Part shown: piece by piece, positions 36,942-45,689 of the stretch
How positions within the stretch are numbered: position 1 is the stretch's first letter
Layout of the letters: every line of letters begins with the position of its first letter
Notes under the pieces: model-generated
Database searches by the model: none
Seen by the model: the letters and a program-made list of their open reading frames with translations, nothing else
What the model was told of the DNA's origin: nothing
Program-made: the position numbers and the translations under genes
IMG/VR virus record: IMGVR_UViG_3300014208_001434
Location: 1 to 47,185 of that record
Reading direction: 5' to 3' (one strand)
Source: a virus
Lineage: Duplodnaviria > Caudoviricetes
Length of the DNA stretch: 47,185 nt

Positions 36942-37629
36942 GGATGGTGGGTTTAGTAACTTGTTTAAACTCAATTACCCAAAGCCAAGGATTAAGGTCC
37001 CAACTTTCTCTGCCATTTATTTTACACCATAATTCTGCCCATAAAGCAAAAAGTATATCATAATTTTGCAAATCGATATTTGATGGTTCAAAATTTGGTA
37101 AAAATTTAAACGCTGAATTCTCTTTACCTAATTCCAAAAATATTGTATCGATACCATTGCATTTAGTCACAGGAATTCGAATGCCTTCTTTTTTAATATC
37201 ATCTTCGGTAATGCTTTGCAGCCTTTCAACCCGAATGTTGGTTATTTCCAACCAAATGCGGCAAGCAACTTTGGGCATGTGGATGGATGGTTTCCATTTT
37301 ATATCGGCAGAATTATCCTTATCTGCTTTATAAAAAACATAGTTGGGTGGTATAATTACAAACGATTCGCGCACCCAAAGCAAATCACCTACTTCCCCGA
37401 ATGGAAATTTGCATTTTATAGTTTCACCTTTTTTATTTATGAATTCAGCAAAAGTAGCATTATCACTTTTTTTGAATCCTGTTCTAAAATAAGGTGCATC
37501 AAATTTCCGATCATTGGGGTTTTGGTTAATTATCTCCAAACCACGGGTTCGGCGGGTGCGATTCTTACTATTATTCAGAATACCCTTAACCATTGGGGTG
37601 CTGAACAATATGGGGGTTTCTTTTTTCAT
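36934..37629 (-). CDS. ASCH/PUA-like phage protein
   Basis: PILFSTPMV, LWVRES, WKPSIHMP, VERLQSITEDD..EG, NPWLWVIEF. Confidence 0.75.
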   Translation of the reverse strand: MKKETPILFSTPMVKGILNNSKNRTRRTRGLEIINQNPNDRKFDAPYFRTGFKKSDNATFAEFINKKGETIKCKFPFGEVGDLLWVRESFVIIPPNYVFYKADKDNSADIKWKPSIHMPKVACRIWLEITNIRVERLQSITEDDIKKEGIRIPVTKCNGIDTIFLELGKENSAFKFLPNFEPSNIDLQNYDILFALWAELWCKINGRESWDLNPWLWVIEFKQVTKPTIHE

Positions 37630-37632
37630 ATT

Positions 37633-37815
37633 CTATTTTTTAAAAGGTTCGTAGGTTATTTTGGTTACCATATATTCGCGGCCATAGCCGTTACAGTTGG
37701 TGCAGAATAGTATCTCTTGTTTCGATAGCGGTCCGCGGTGTTCATTATCAACTAAAATACCTTCGCCTTTGCATACGTGGCACAATACCAGTTCGCGTTT
37801 GTTTAGTGTGTACAT
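37633..37815 (-). CDS. Small zinc-finger protein
   Basis: CHVCKGEG and CTNCNGYG (CxxCxGxG twice). Confidence 0.7.
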   Translation of the reverse strand: MYTLNKRELVLCHVCKGEGILVDNEHRGPLSKQEILFCTNCNGYGREYMVTKITYEPFKK

Positions 37816-38060
37816 TGGTTAATGTTTTTAAAAGCTTCAGCAGTTCTTATTTTCCGATATACTTTAACCGGATAGCTGTCCATATCTTGGGCGGCCTGAA
37901 AATCTTCGCCAATGATCATCGAGTTTCCGTTTTTGTCAATCCAAATCCATTCTTCGGCTTTGGTTGTTTTTTCAGGTAAAATGTCAGGAACTCTGTTTAT
38001 CCATTCCTTTTTGCTGGACAACTTGAATAAAAACTCTGCGTTTACACTAATTTTTTCCAT
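37803..38060 (-). CDS. Hypothetical protein
   Basis: 85 aa, co-oriented. Confidence 0.6.
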   Translation of the reverse strand: MEKISVNAEFLFKLSSKKEWINRVPDILPEKTTKAEEWIWIDKNGNSMIIGEDFQAAQDMDSYPVKVYRKIRTAEAFKNINQCTH

Positions 38061-38075
38061 GGTTATTCTCCTTTC

Positions 38076-38312
38076 TTAAAAAATATTTACTCTTCTCAAT
38101 TTCTTATAATCGTCTAAAAACTCCCAACCACCTTGCCATGGTGTCATGACCATGTATTCTTTTACCAAGGCAATAAATGTGGGCTGGTTTTCGGCAATAC
38201 ATAAGGTTGTCATGTTATAACTAGCTCCCTGTTTCCCATTCTTCAAAAAGGTGTACACCTTATCGGCATAATCAGAAGGGAGGTTCTTCAATTGTTCCAG
38301 TGTTTCGCTCAT
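38076..38312 (-). CDS. Hypothetical protein
   Basis: 78 aa, downstream of primase. Confidence 0.6.
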   Translation of the reverse strand: MSETLEQLKNLPSDYADKVYTFLKNGKQGASYNMTTLCIAENQPTFIALVKEYMVMTPWQGGWEFLDDYKKLRRVNIF

Positions 38313-41133
38313 TGGTTAAATCTTCGGGGTTCCAAGGTTTCGTTTGTACGTATATCATTTCGGTGGTTTTGCCATCGATATACTTTGAGATTCGTCCTGA
38401 TGAATTCTTCATGTGCTCTGGATTCAGGCTTATTACATATTCGGTATAATCGGCCCAGGCTTGCATGCTTTTACTGAACTTGTTTGTAGTCCAATTACGT
38501 TGGCCCGACGATTTTAGGAAGTCTTCCATGGCTTCCTGACGGCTTATCTCCACGTCAATGGCCGATGAATTTTGTTCGCTGGCTCCCGGTTTGCCCGATG
38601 TATCTTTAAAAAAGTAGATATCGGCCCAGTTTTTAAATGTATCGCCCATAATGGTGCGCAAGTTGCGGCGGGTAATATTGTCCATTGGCGGATTAACGCG
38701 GTTGGGCGATGGTACACTCAAGTAAAAACTGATGCAATCGGCCAGAAAGTTTATATCGGCATTCCATTCAGGTTCACTGTAATCGGCACGGTGAAGGGTT
38801 TTACCAAAATCGTCGAATATCTTGCGGGTTTCTCGGTAGTCGCTGTTGGTGGTCTGCTCGTGGTAATAGTCGCTAAATACGGTGTACAATACACGGGCTT
38901 CGGTACTGGGGTCAATATCACGCAGTGTATAGTTGGATGAAAAGCAAAACTTGGGCGATTTTTCGAAGTTTATTTCATAACTCTGGTTATTTTTTGGGTT
39001 CACGGTCATATCGCCGGTTAAATCGCCAAAAAAGAAGTTGAAGTTCAGATACTGGTTGCTGTCGTCAACAATAATGAGTTTGGTGTACTCATTCACGCGG
39101 TCGTAAATGTGCGGGTTATCGGTAAGCTTTGGGTTACGTCCGCTTAGCATTACCGTTTTCATAAAGTTTTTAAGAAATTTGAACATAAAGCTTTTTCCCG
39201 TCCGTCCGTGACTTTCACCAATGTCGCTCACCCTGTTATCCATGGCAAAAACACACCATGGACGGGCTTCATCTTTGTATCGGTGCATTAAATAGCCGAT
39301 GGCAAATATTTTATTAAGCAAATGTTGTTTTTGTTCCTTAATTTCCTCCTCATCCAACAGAGGACCATCTATTTTGAATTTATTTTCAATTCTATATTTG
39401 GTAAGCTCTTCAAGGTTGTTGGTTTTCAAATCCAAACGGGTTTCCAGTTCTATTTGCCAATGGATGCGGCTGGCATTAATTAAATAGCTGAAGAACTTGC
39501 TTTCGGTGCTTTTAACCTCAATATTGAACCCATCTTTGGTTTTGGTGGCTATAAATGTAGGTTCCTGCCTTACTACTTTGTGTTTAATCACCTCTTCGTC
39601 CCAAACGTATCGTTCCACATCGGTAATTTTGTGCTCAATTACTTTGTTTGGGGTTATTTCCCACGTTTTGTTTTCGAAAAACATGAACTGTGTTTTGGCA
39701 TCAAAATCGGTAAAGTCAATTTCCGTTTTCGGGATGCCCGCCAACTGGTTTTCGCTCATTTGGGTGGTTTTGTGAATGAGGTTTATTAAATCTACCGGAT
39801 GGTGGTTTTGCCTTAGGAACTGCAGTACAAATTCTTTTGCACGGTTTGCACGTATAATTTCTACAATGTTGCCTTCAATTTTAATGAATGAGAATCCCTC
39901 TTTCTCGTTTTTGTTCTCGATGCGGTAAAAACCGTTCGCACTTAAAAAAGCATATGCCTGTTCGTTATTAAAGTAGTACTTAACGCCTTTATCTGAGTAC
40001 GATATATCCCAAAACTGCAACGGAATGGCCGAACGGTAAAGCTGGTTAAAGTCTTCAATTTTTGGGTACAGCTCAATAAAATCCTTAAAATCTTTGCGTG
40101 GTTTGCCCCGGTTATCACGGAAACGCAACATTTTTTGAGGCAACCAAATAATACGTATTTCTAAATACTGAAGGGCTAATTTTAAACCTGCTTTACGACC
40201 CGTGCTGTCAATGTCTGGTAGCGCATAAACTTCGTTACAGTATTTCTTTATTTCTTTAAAATCTTTGGGTAACAGGGAGGCGGTTTCGGAATTGAGCCAA
40301 ATAACATGGTATCCATAACTGGCCACGTTAAACGAATCGCGTTCGCCCGATGCAATAATTACAGAATCAAGCTTTTTAATTTCCCAGTTGGCAGGTTCCT
40401 CCTTGCCTTCGGCTTTAACTTCCTTAATCTGTTCGTCTCTAAAAGCCTCATACGCTTTGCGTAATTGCACCAAACCATTTATATAATCTTTTGGCCGATT
40501 ACCAACATACCTAAAGCGATATTGCTTTTCGGGGTTGCAAGGCTGGTAAATTTTCTGGAACCCATCATGCTCAATCAAAAATATGGGGTAGTTTTCGGTG
40601 CTCGATGTAACCAGGGCTTTACGGTCCTTTATTTGGGTGAACGATTTTAAGGCATGCACCCTGAATTTCTTTAATACCCCATCAAAGCGTTCTTTATTCT
40701 TTTCATCGTAATTGGGAAAAATCTCACGATAATCGGTTACCGAAAGCTGATCCTTAATGTCGTAATAATAGGCTCCTTCCTCTTCGTCGGGTTTGGCATC
40801 GCGCTTTTCGAATGCCGATTGATGTGTTTCTGGTTTTAATCCGCCAATGTTGTAACGACCAGCGAGCATAATAATGGCTTCGCGGAATTCTATGCCCTCT
40901 TCCTTCATGCATACCAAGATTCCATTGCGCGGGGTGCTGTCGTCGCCAAAGTCGGTAACTACCCAGTTTTTGTCGGGTAATTGCTTTAACCTGGCCGATG
41001 CCGAACGCTCATCGCGTATTTTGAATTCCTTACGGCTACCGGCATGAGCCTCACGTGCCTGTGGATAATAGTGGATGATAATTTCAAGGCCGCCATTGGT
41101 GGCATCTAATATGGTTTGTTGTTCTACGTACAT
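38272..41133 (-). CDS. Primase-helicase (TOPRIM plus P-loop NTPase)
   Basis: SGERD and PDIDSTG TOPRIM motifs; GRTGKS Walker A, IIVDD Walker B, SSN motif C. Confidence 0.85.
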   Translation of the reverse strand: MYVEQQTILDATNGGLEIIIHYYPQAREAHAGSRKEFKIRDERSASARLKQLPDKNWVVTDFGDDSTPRNGILVCMKEEGIEFREAIIMLAGRYNIGGLKPETHQSAFEKRDAKPDEEEGAYYYDIKDQLSVTDYREIFPNYDEKNKERFDGVLKKFRVHALKSFTQIKDRKALVTSSTENYPIFLIEHDGFQKIYQPCNPEKQYRFRYVGNRPKDYINGLVQLRKAYEAFRDEQIKEVKAEGKEEPANWEIKKLDSVIIASGERDSFNVASYGYHVIWLNSETASLLPKDFKEIKKYCNEVYALPDIDSTGRKAGLKLALQYLEIRIIWLPQKMLRFRDNRGKPRKDFKDFIELYPKIEDFNQLYRSAIPLQFWDISYSDKGVKYYFNNEQAYAFLSANGFYRIENKNEKEGFSFIKIEGNIVEIIRANRAKEFVLQFLRQNHHPVDLINLIHKTTQMSENQLAGIPKTEIDFTDFDAKTQFMFFENKTWEITPNKVIEHKITDVERYVWDEEVIKHKVVRQEPTFIATKTKDGFNIEVKSTESKFFSYLINASRIHWQIELETRLDLKTNNLEELTKYRIENKFKIDGPLLDEEEIKEQKQHLLNKIFAIGYLMHRYKDEARPWCVFAMDNRVSDIGESHGRTGKSFMFKFLKNFMKTVMLSGRNPKLTDNPHIYDRVNEYTKLIIVDDSNQYLNFNFFFGDLTGDMTVNPKNNQSYEINFEKSPKFCFSSNYTLRDIDPSTEARVLYTVFSDYYHEQTTNSDYRETRKIFDDFGKTLHRADYSEPEWNADINFLADCISFYLSVPSPNRVNPPMDNITRRNLRTIMGDTFKNWADIYFFKDTSGKPGASEQNSSAIDVEISRQEAMEDFLKSSGQRNWTTNKFSKSMQAWADYTEYVISLNPEHMKNSSGRISKYIDGKTTEMIYVQTKPWNPEDLTNERNTGTIEEPPF

Positions 41134-41151
41134 GGGTTGAGTTCTATACCG

Positions 41152-41982
41152 TTAATTTTTATATTCCAGATGTAATTGATATTCTTTATTATTTCGTTCC
41201 GGAACGAAATTATAGACCAGTATTTCGGTCCGGTAATTATTTTTAATTCGGTTTGCGACCTTAATATTTATTTTATGGCTTTCGAATTTCCAGTTGTTTT
41301 TTAGAATAAAATACTTGAGGGTTTGACTCCAGTAATTTGATAGGATGAATTTTCCCTTAATATCTGAAATGAATTCCAGCAGCCTAAAAAAATCAAGCAT
41401 GGTAAATCCTTTGTAGTGACCTTGGTAAAATCCGGGATAAGGAGGATCAAGATAAAATACTGTTTCTTTGGTATCTCGGTCTTTTATAACACGGAGCGCC
41501 TCCCGGGATGATATTTGAATATTTTTTAAACGGTTATTCAATAATTGAAACTCAATTTTCCTCCCATTCATATACCGGCCGGAATGACTACCCGCAGTTC
41601 CATTACACCATTTCCATCCACCATGAATTGAACCGGAAAAACTCATGTTTGTAGTAATCCAAACCGACCAAGCCAATTGGACATCAGTAAATTCAATTCT
41701 ACCGCAATAAATATCCTTGGCTTTTCTATATAAGAATTCGGAATGAAGAGTTGTTTCAATTAGTTCCTGAAGCTCTTCAAAATTATCGCGCATCTGCAGG
41801 AAGAAATTTATTAATTTTTGGTTGTTATCGTTGATTACCTCAAGGTATGATGGTTCTTTCTCAAAAAAAACTGCACCACCCCCAAAATAGGGCTCACAAT
41901 AAATTTTATGCGGTGGTATTATACCAACTATTCTTTTAGCCATTTTTTGTTTTCCACCATAATATGTAATTGGGGTTCTCAT
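41152..41982 (-). CDS. Dam/D12-class DNA adenine methyltransferase
   Basis: TPITYYGGK, EPYFGGGAV, IND, YLDPPY. Confidence 0.92.
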   Translation of the reverse strand: MRTPITYYGGKQKMAKRIVGIIPPHKIYCEPYFGGGAVFFEKEPSYLEVINDNNQKLINFFLQMRDNFEELQELIETTLHSEFLYRKAKDIYCGRIEFTDVQLAWSVWITTNMSFSGSIHGGWKWCNGTAGSHSGRYMNGRKIEFQLLNNRLKNIQISSREALRVIKDRDTKETVFYLDPPYPGFYQGHYKGFTMLDFFRLLEFISDIKGKFILSNYWSQTLKYFILKNNWKFESHKINIKVANRIKNNYRTEILVYNFVPERNNKEYQLHLEYKN

Positions 41983-43664
41983 ACAATTTGCTTTTTAGAG
42001 GTTACATTCATAAGGGCTTTTGAATTTGCTTCGGCAATGGCTTTGGCTACCATAGGAACCACGGCATTACCGATAAACTTTTTTTGGTTGGCTTGCGAAC
42101 CTTTTAAAATATACCCTTCAGGAAAACCTTGTATTTTTAACAGTTCCAATATTTTGAGCATCCGCATTTTAATATCGATGATACCATATGCCACCATGAA
42201 ATTCTTGATTTTTACCATTATGGGTGAATCGGCATTGGTTATTTCAATGGAAGGACGGCCGGTTTCTGTTTGCACAATGTAGGGTGGCCGTTTGTCCATT
42301 TTGGCAATAAGGGTAAAACACGGCCTATCTAAATCACGGCCTTTGTCGTTGAATTGCGGGTTTAATAAATAATGCTGTTTGTGCGATGCGGTTATTACCC
42401 GGTTGGGTTCATTTAATGAACTACCCACATTTTTAAAGTTCGTATCCATTATCCACTTTACCATGTTCAGTTTTGGAACGCCAGTAATGGATCCAACCGG
42501 TTTATTTATACCGTTTGGTTTACCATTTCCATATTGGTAATCAATAAATATGGATGCAAATCTATCTTTTGTAGTTACCGTTGGGCAAGGTTCTTTAATA
42601 CTTTGGGCACCGATACTCTTTCCATAGTAGGATGTAAGAAATAATGCTTTTACTAATGAATGATGATCAATTGTTGTAATTGCTCCCGATGGTTTTTCAA
42701 TGCTGATTGCCTTGCTTTTTGGATGGCCGGAATAGTTTTTGGTCAAAAAAGTAGCATCAACAATTCCCAATCTGTTTTGTGTAGAAATAACCGGACACGG
42801 TTCATTAATACCTGGTGCTTTATATTTTCCGTTTATATTCATGGAATTATATTTCACCATGAATTTAGCTTCACCCCCCGCCACAAACTTCACCAATCCA
42901 GCGTAAATGCGTTCCAGTGTAGCATCCACCAATGGTTTTTTTCGGTTAAAAATGCTAGTACCTTCATCATCCAAATCAAGAACCTCGCGTACCGGGTTCC
43001 ATAGTTTTAATGTGTTTTCAAAAAGGCTTCCTTTGTTTACGGTTTTGCCATGGGTTGCCTCCGGCCAAACTATGGGCAAACCATCTTTGGCAAATTGGGC
43101 AAAGAACCGTTCGCGGCTTGTATAGGCTCCAAAATCGGCGCTATTGAGTATCTTATAATCAAAATCGTAACCATAGCTGCACATTTTTTTAACCCAATGA
43201 ATGTATTCGCGGCCATTCAATTTATTCAACGGTCTTCCGCTTTCGTCCAATGGTCCCCAGCTCATGAATTCACGAACGTTTTCAATCATAACAAAATCTG
43301 GATTCAATTCGGCGTTGTAATCGTAAAGTGAATAGGCAAGGGTGCGGCTATCAGCATCTCGTGGCATGCCACCTTTTGCTTTGCTGTAGTTGGTACATTC
43401 AAGGCTGGCCCATATAATTATAATGCAATCCGGATTATCGTTGCGGAGTTTACGAACTAAGTTTGCCAGTGCTTTAATAACCTTCATATCACGAACATCT
43501 TCCACAAAATGCAAGCAATTCGGGTGATTGGCTTTATGGCTTTCAATGGCCAATGCATCGTGGTTGACGCATGCTACCACCTCAATATTTGGGTTATTTG
43601 TTAAATGGATTCCGGTTGTGGTTCCACCGGCTCCTGAGAATAGATCAATGTAAAATATTTTCAT
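41979..43664 (-). CDS. DNA (cytosine-5) methyltransferase
   Basis: DLFSGAGG, ASLECTNYS (motif IV variant), ENV, RERFF, IGNAV; start M-KIFYIDLF at 43664. Confidence 0.9.
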   Translation of the reverse strand: MKIFYIDLFSGAGGTTTGIHLTNNPNIEVVACVNHDALAIESHKANHPNCLHFVEDVRDMKVIKALANLVRKLRNDNPDCIIIIWASLECTNYSKAKGGMPRDADSRTLAYSLYDYNAELNPDFVMIENVREFMSWGPLDESGRPLNKLNGREYIHWVKKMCSYGYDFDYKILNSADFGAYTSRERFFAQFAKDGLPIVWPEATHGKTVNKGSLFENTLKLWNPVREVLDLDDEGTSIFNRKKPLVDATLERIYAGLVKFVAGGEAKFMVKYNSMNINGKYKAPGINEPCPVISTQNRLGIVDATFLTKNYSGHPKSKAISIEKPSGAITTIDHHSLVKALFLTSYYGKSIGAQSIKEPCPTVTTKDRFASIFIDYQYGNGKPNGINKPVGSITGVPKLNMVKWIMDTNFKNVGSSLNEPNRVITASHKQHYLLNPQFNDKGRDLDRPCFTLIAKMDKRPPYIVQTETGRPSIEITNADSPIMVKIKNFMVAYGIIDIKMRMLKILELLKIQGFPEGYILKGSQANQKKFIGNAVVPMVAKAIAEANSKALMNVTSKKQIV

Positions 43665-43680
43665 GGGATGTCTTGCTAAA

Positions 43681-43998
43681 TCAGGTGAAATAAAAGGTTT
43701 TACCGCTTCCACTGCCAAAACGCTGCTGCTTGATGGTTGCAATGAATGGAAAATCAGATTTGGATATCTTACCTAATGCCTCTTTTATGGGAGTTGCATT
43801 GGTGAAAAATTTACGCTCCATTCCATCGAATTTTACCTTAACGATGCTCCTACCATCACCGTGCCGTGTTTTCACATCAGCTTCATAATCAATTACCTCT
43901 ATTTCGCAATTGGTTACCTCCTCGATGGAGATAACCGGTACCGGAAATATGTTTTTGTTTTCAAGGGTGTTTATATTGAAATCAGAGAATTTTTTCAT
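43681..43998 (-). CDS. 105-aa beta-rich protein overlapping the RT stop; candidate DGR accessory factor
   Basis: 17-nt overlap with the RT gene; alternating hydrophobic strands with aromatic/basic residues. Confidence 0.6.
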   Translation of the reverse strand: MKKFSDFNINTLENKNIFPVPVISIEEVTNCEIEVIDYEADVKTRHGDGRSIVKVKFDGMERKFFTNATPIKEALGKISKSDFPFIATIKQQRFGSGSGKTFYFT

Positions 43999-44968
43999 TT
44001 TTAATAAGCTTTTTTAATAAGTGTTTTGAATTGCAATGTTTGGCCCAACCTATGTAGGAGCAAATCCTTTTCTTGTACTCTTTGGGTTCGATGCTCTTTT
44101 TATCGAGCTTGGCAACCCGCCTGCAAAACCGTTGTTTTATTGATTTTCGCATCAGGATGTGGGTATGAAAGAATACATAGCCAACAAAATCGATTCCACG
44201 GGCATCAACCGGAAATACCTGGTAATTGTGCTTTAATTCAAGGTTGAGTTTGCTTTGCATGTATTCGGTTATTTCGGCCAATAAAGTGTGCAAAGAAGGC
44301 TTAGTTGCTGATAAGATAACCATATCGTCGGCATACCGGTAGTAGTATTTAACTCCTTTTTCTTCCTTCAACCAATGGTCGAAATACGACAGGTACAGAT
44401 TTGCAAAGAACTGGCTTAAATAGTTACCAATGGGAACGCCTTCAGCCGAGTCAATTATTTCATCGAGCAGTACCAGGAGCTGTTTATCCTTAATCTTTTT
44501 TCGTACTATTTGCTTTAATATGCTGTGGTCGATTGTTGGATAGAACTTCCGTACATCCATTTTTAGGCAATACCGGGTATTTTCAACATCGTTTAAATCT
44601 CTTTTAAGGTGCTTTAATACCCCATGTATGCCACGGCCTTTTATGCAGGAATAGGTATCGGCGGTAAAAACAGAAACCCACAAATCTTCCAAAACATTCA
44701 TAATGGCATGATGCACCACCCGGTCGCGGAACGGTAAACGGTAAACTATCCGTTCTTTGGGTTCGTAAATCTTAAAAATGCTGTATTCCGAAGTCTTGTA
44801 GGTTCCCGCCATTAATTCAAGGTTTAGCCGGTTCAGGTTCTCATCGAGGTGCTTTTCGAATAGTTTAACACCGTAGGTATTTACCTTGCCTTTCCGTGCT
44901 TTACCGTATGCCAGTTGAAGGTTTTCAATACTGCAGATAATACCGAACAAATTTCCTTTTCTTTTCAT
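43982..44968 (-). CDS. DGR reverse transcriptase
   Basis: 328 aa; RDRVVHHA, KMDVRKFY, GVPIGNYLSQ (DGR GxxxSQ signature), RYADD, IDFVGY; no maturase/endonuclease tail; adjacent TR/VR pair. Confidence 0.96.
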   Translation of the reverse strand: MKRKGNLFGIICSIENLQLAYGKARKGKVNTYGVKLFEKHLDENLNRLNLELMAGTYKTSEYSIFKIYEPKERIVYRLPFRDRVVHHAIMNVLEDLWVSVFTADTYSCIKGRGIHGVLKHLKRDLNDVENTRYCLKMDVRKFYPTIDHSILKQIVRKKIKDKQLLVLLDEIIDSAEGVPIGNYLSQFFANLYLSYFDHWLKEEKGVKYYYRYADDMVILSATKPSLHTLLAEITEYMQSKLNLELKHNYQVFPVDARGIDFVGYVFFHTHILMRKSIKQRFCRRVAKLDKKSIEPKEYKKRICSYIGWAKHCNSKHLLKKLIKNEKIL

Positions 44969-45072
44969 TTTTTCTTTGCTTTTCTAATTGGAGCCTTCGC
45001 TTGCGCTACCGGCACCTTTTGAAAGGTTGTTTTTTGCCAAGGGGCAAGGTTCCTGTTTTTGATATCTTTTTT
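44969..45072 (-). ncRNA. DGR spacer RNA between TR and RT with short hairpins
   Basis: ttgcc-aagg-ggcaa and acctt-ttga-aaggt hairpins directly 3' of TR on minus. Confidence 0.5.
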
Positions 45073-45154
45073 AGCATAGGTGAGAGCTGTTACCTGCATT
45101 CGCATTCGTATAGTTGTAATTCGTATCGTTGAACACGAAGCCCGAAGAGGACAA
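45073..45154 (-). repeat. DGR template repeat (TR)
   Basis: 82-nt gapless match to 45256-45337; AAC/AAT-rich (would read LSSSGFVFNDTNYNYTNANAGNSSHLC); 21 adenines. Confidence 0.96.
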
Positions 45155-45181
45155 CCCTCAAAAACAAGCAACCTATTTTTT

Positions 45182-45655
45182 TTATTTACTCAGGATATCG
45201 TTCCAGATATCGATAAAATGCTTGCCCGCGTACGTGGCCAGTTCTTCGCTTGCAAAGCAAAGGCGAGAGCCGTAACCCGCAGTCGCAGCCGTACAGCGGT
45301 AAGCCGCATCGCGGAACACGAAGCCCGAAGAGGACAAATCGAACCATGGTACCCATTTTTTTTGATTGGGGTTGTTCCAGTCAATAACCTTATCTTCATT
45401 TAATGCCTTGGTAATTGTTTTAATTTTTCGGTAATTGATTTCGTCATCGGTAAAGCCCATTTCCTTTAATTCATCGTCATCCATGGGGCTTTCTCCGAGC
45501 TCGGCACAGGCATCGGCGTAGGTTTTAATTCTATCGGTAATTTTACCGTTGAAAAACTCTTTGCCAAATGAATCTTCTAGAGTTGCTTTGAACTCCGGAG
45601 AGGCATCTTTGTACAACTTTCTCGCTGTTTTTTCTTCAATTTGTAGTGTTCTCAT
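45182..45655 (-). CDS. DGR target protein (157 aa, VR near the C-terminus)
   Basis: Contains VR encoding LSSSGFVFRDAAYRCTAATAGYGSRLC; likely start MRTLQIEEK at 45655. Confidence 0.9.
   Translation of the reverse strand: MRTLQIEEKTARKLYKDASPEFKATLEDSFGKEFFNGKITDRIKTYADACAELGESPMDDDELKEMGFTDDEINYRKIKTITKALNEDKVIDWNNPNQKKWVPWFDLSSSGFVFRDAAYRCTAATAGYGSRLCFASEELATYAGKHFIDIWNDILSK
45256..45337 (-). repeat. DGR variable repeat (VR)
   Basis: 16 mismatches to TR, all at TR adenines on the minus strand. Confidence 0.96.
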
Positions 45656-45689
45656 TTTTACTGGTTTTATTATTTGAATTTTTATAAGA

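Noticed and set aside
43982-44968. RT as group II intron, retron or Abi RT
   Set aside because: Short, GxxxSQ signature, no maturase/endonuclease extension, and an adjacent adenine-specific TR/VR pair identify it as a DGR RT.
45194-45211. GATATC-N6-GATATC as the DGR hairpin downstream of VR
   Set aside because: Only a 6-bp AT-rich stem inside coding sequence; too weak to call.
44965-45403. ORFs 44965-45171, 45080-45403 and 45190-45399
   Set aside because: Alternative-frame or antisense readings across TR/VR; their internal repeats merely reflect the duplication.
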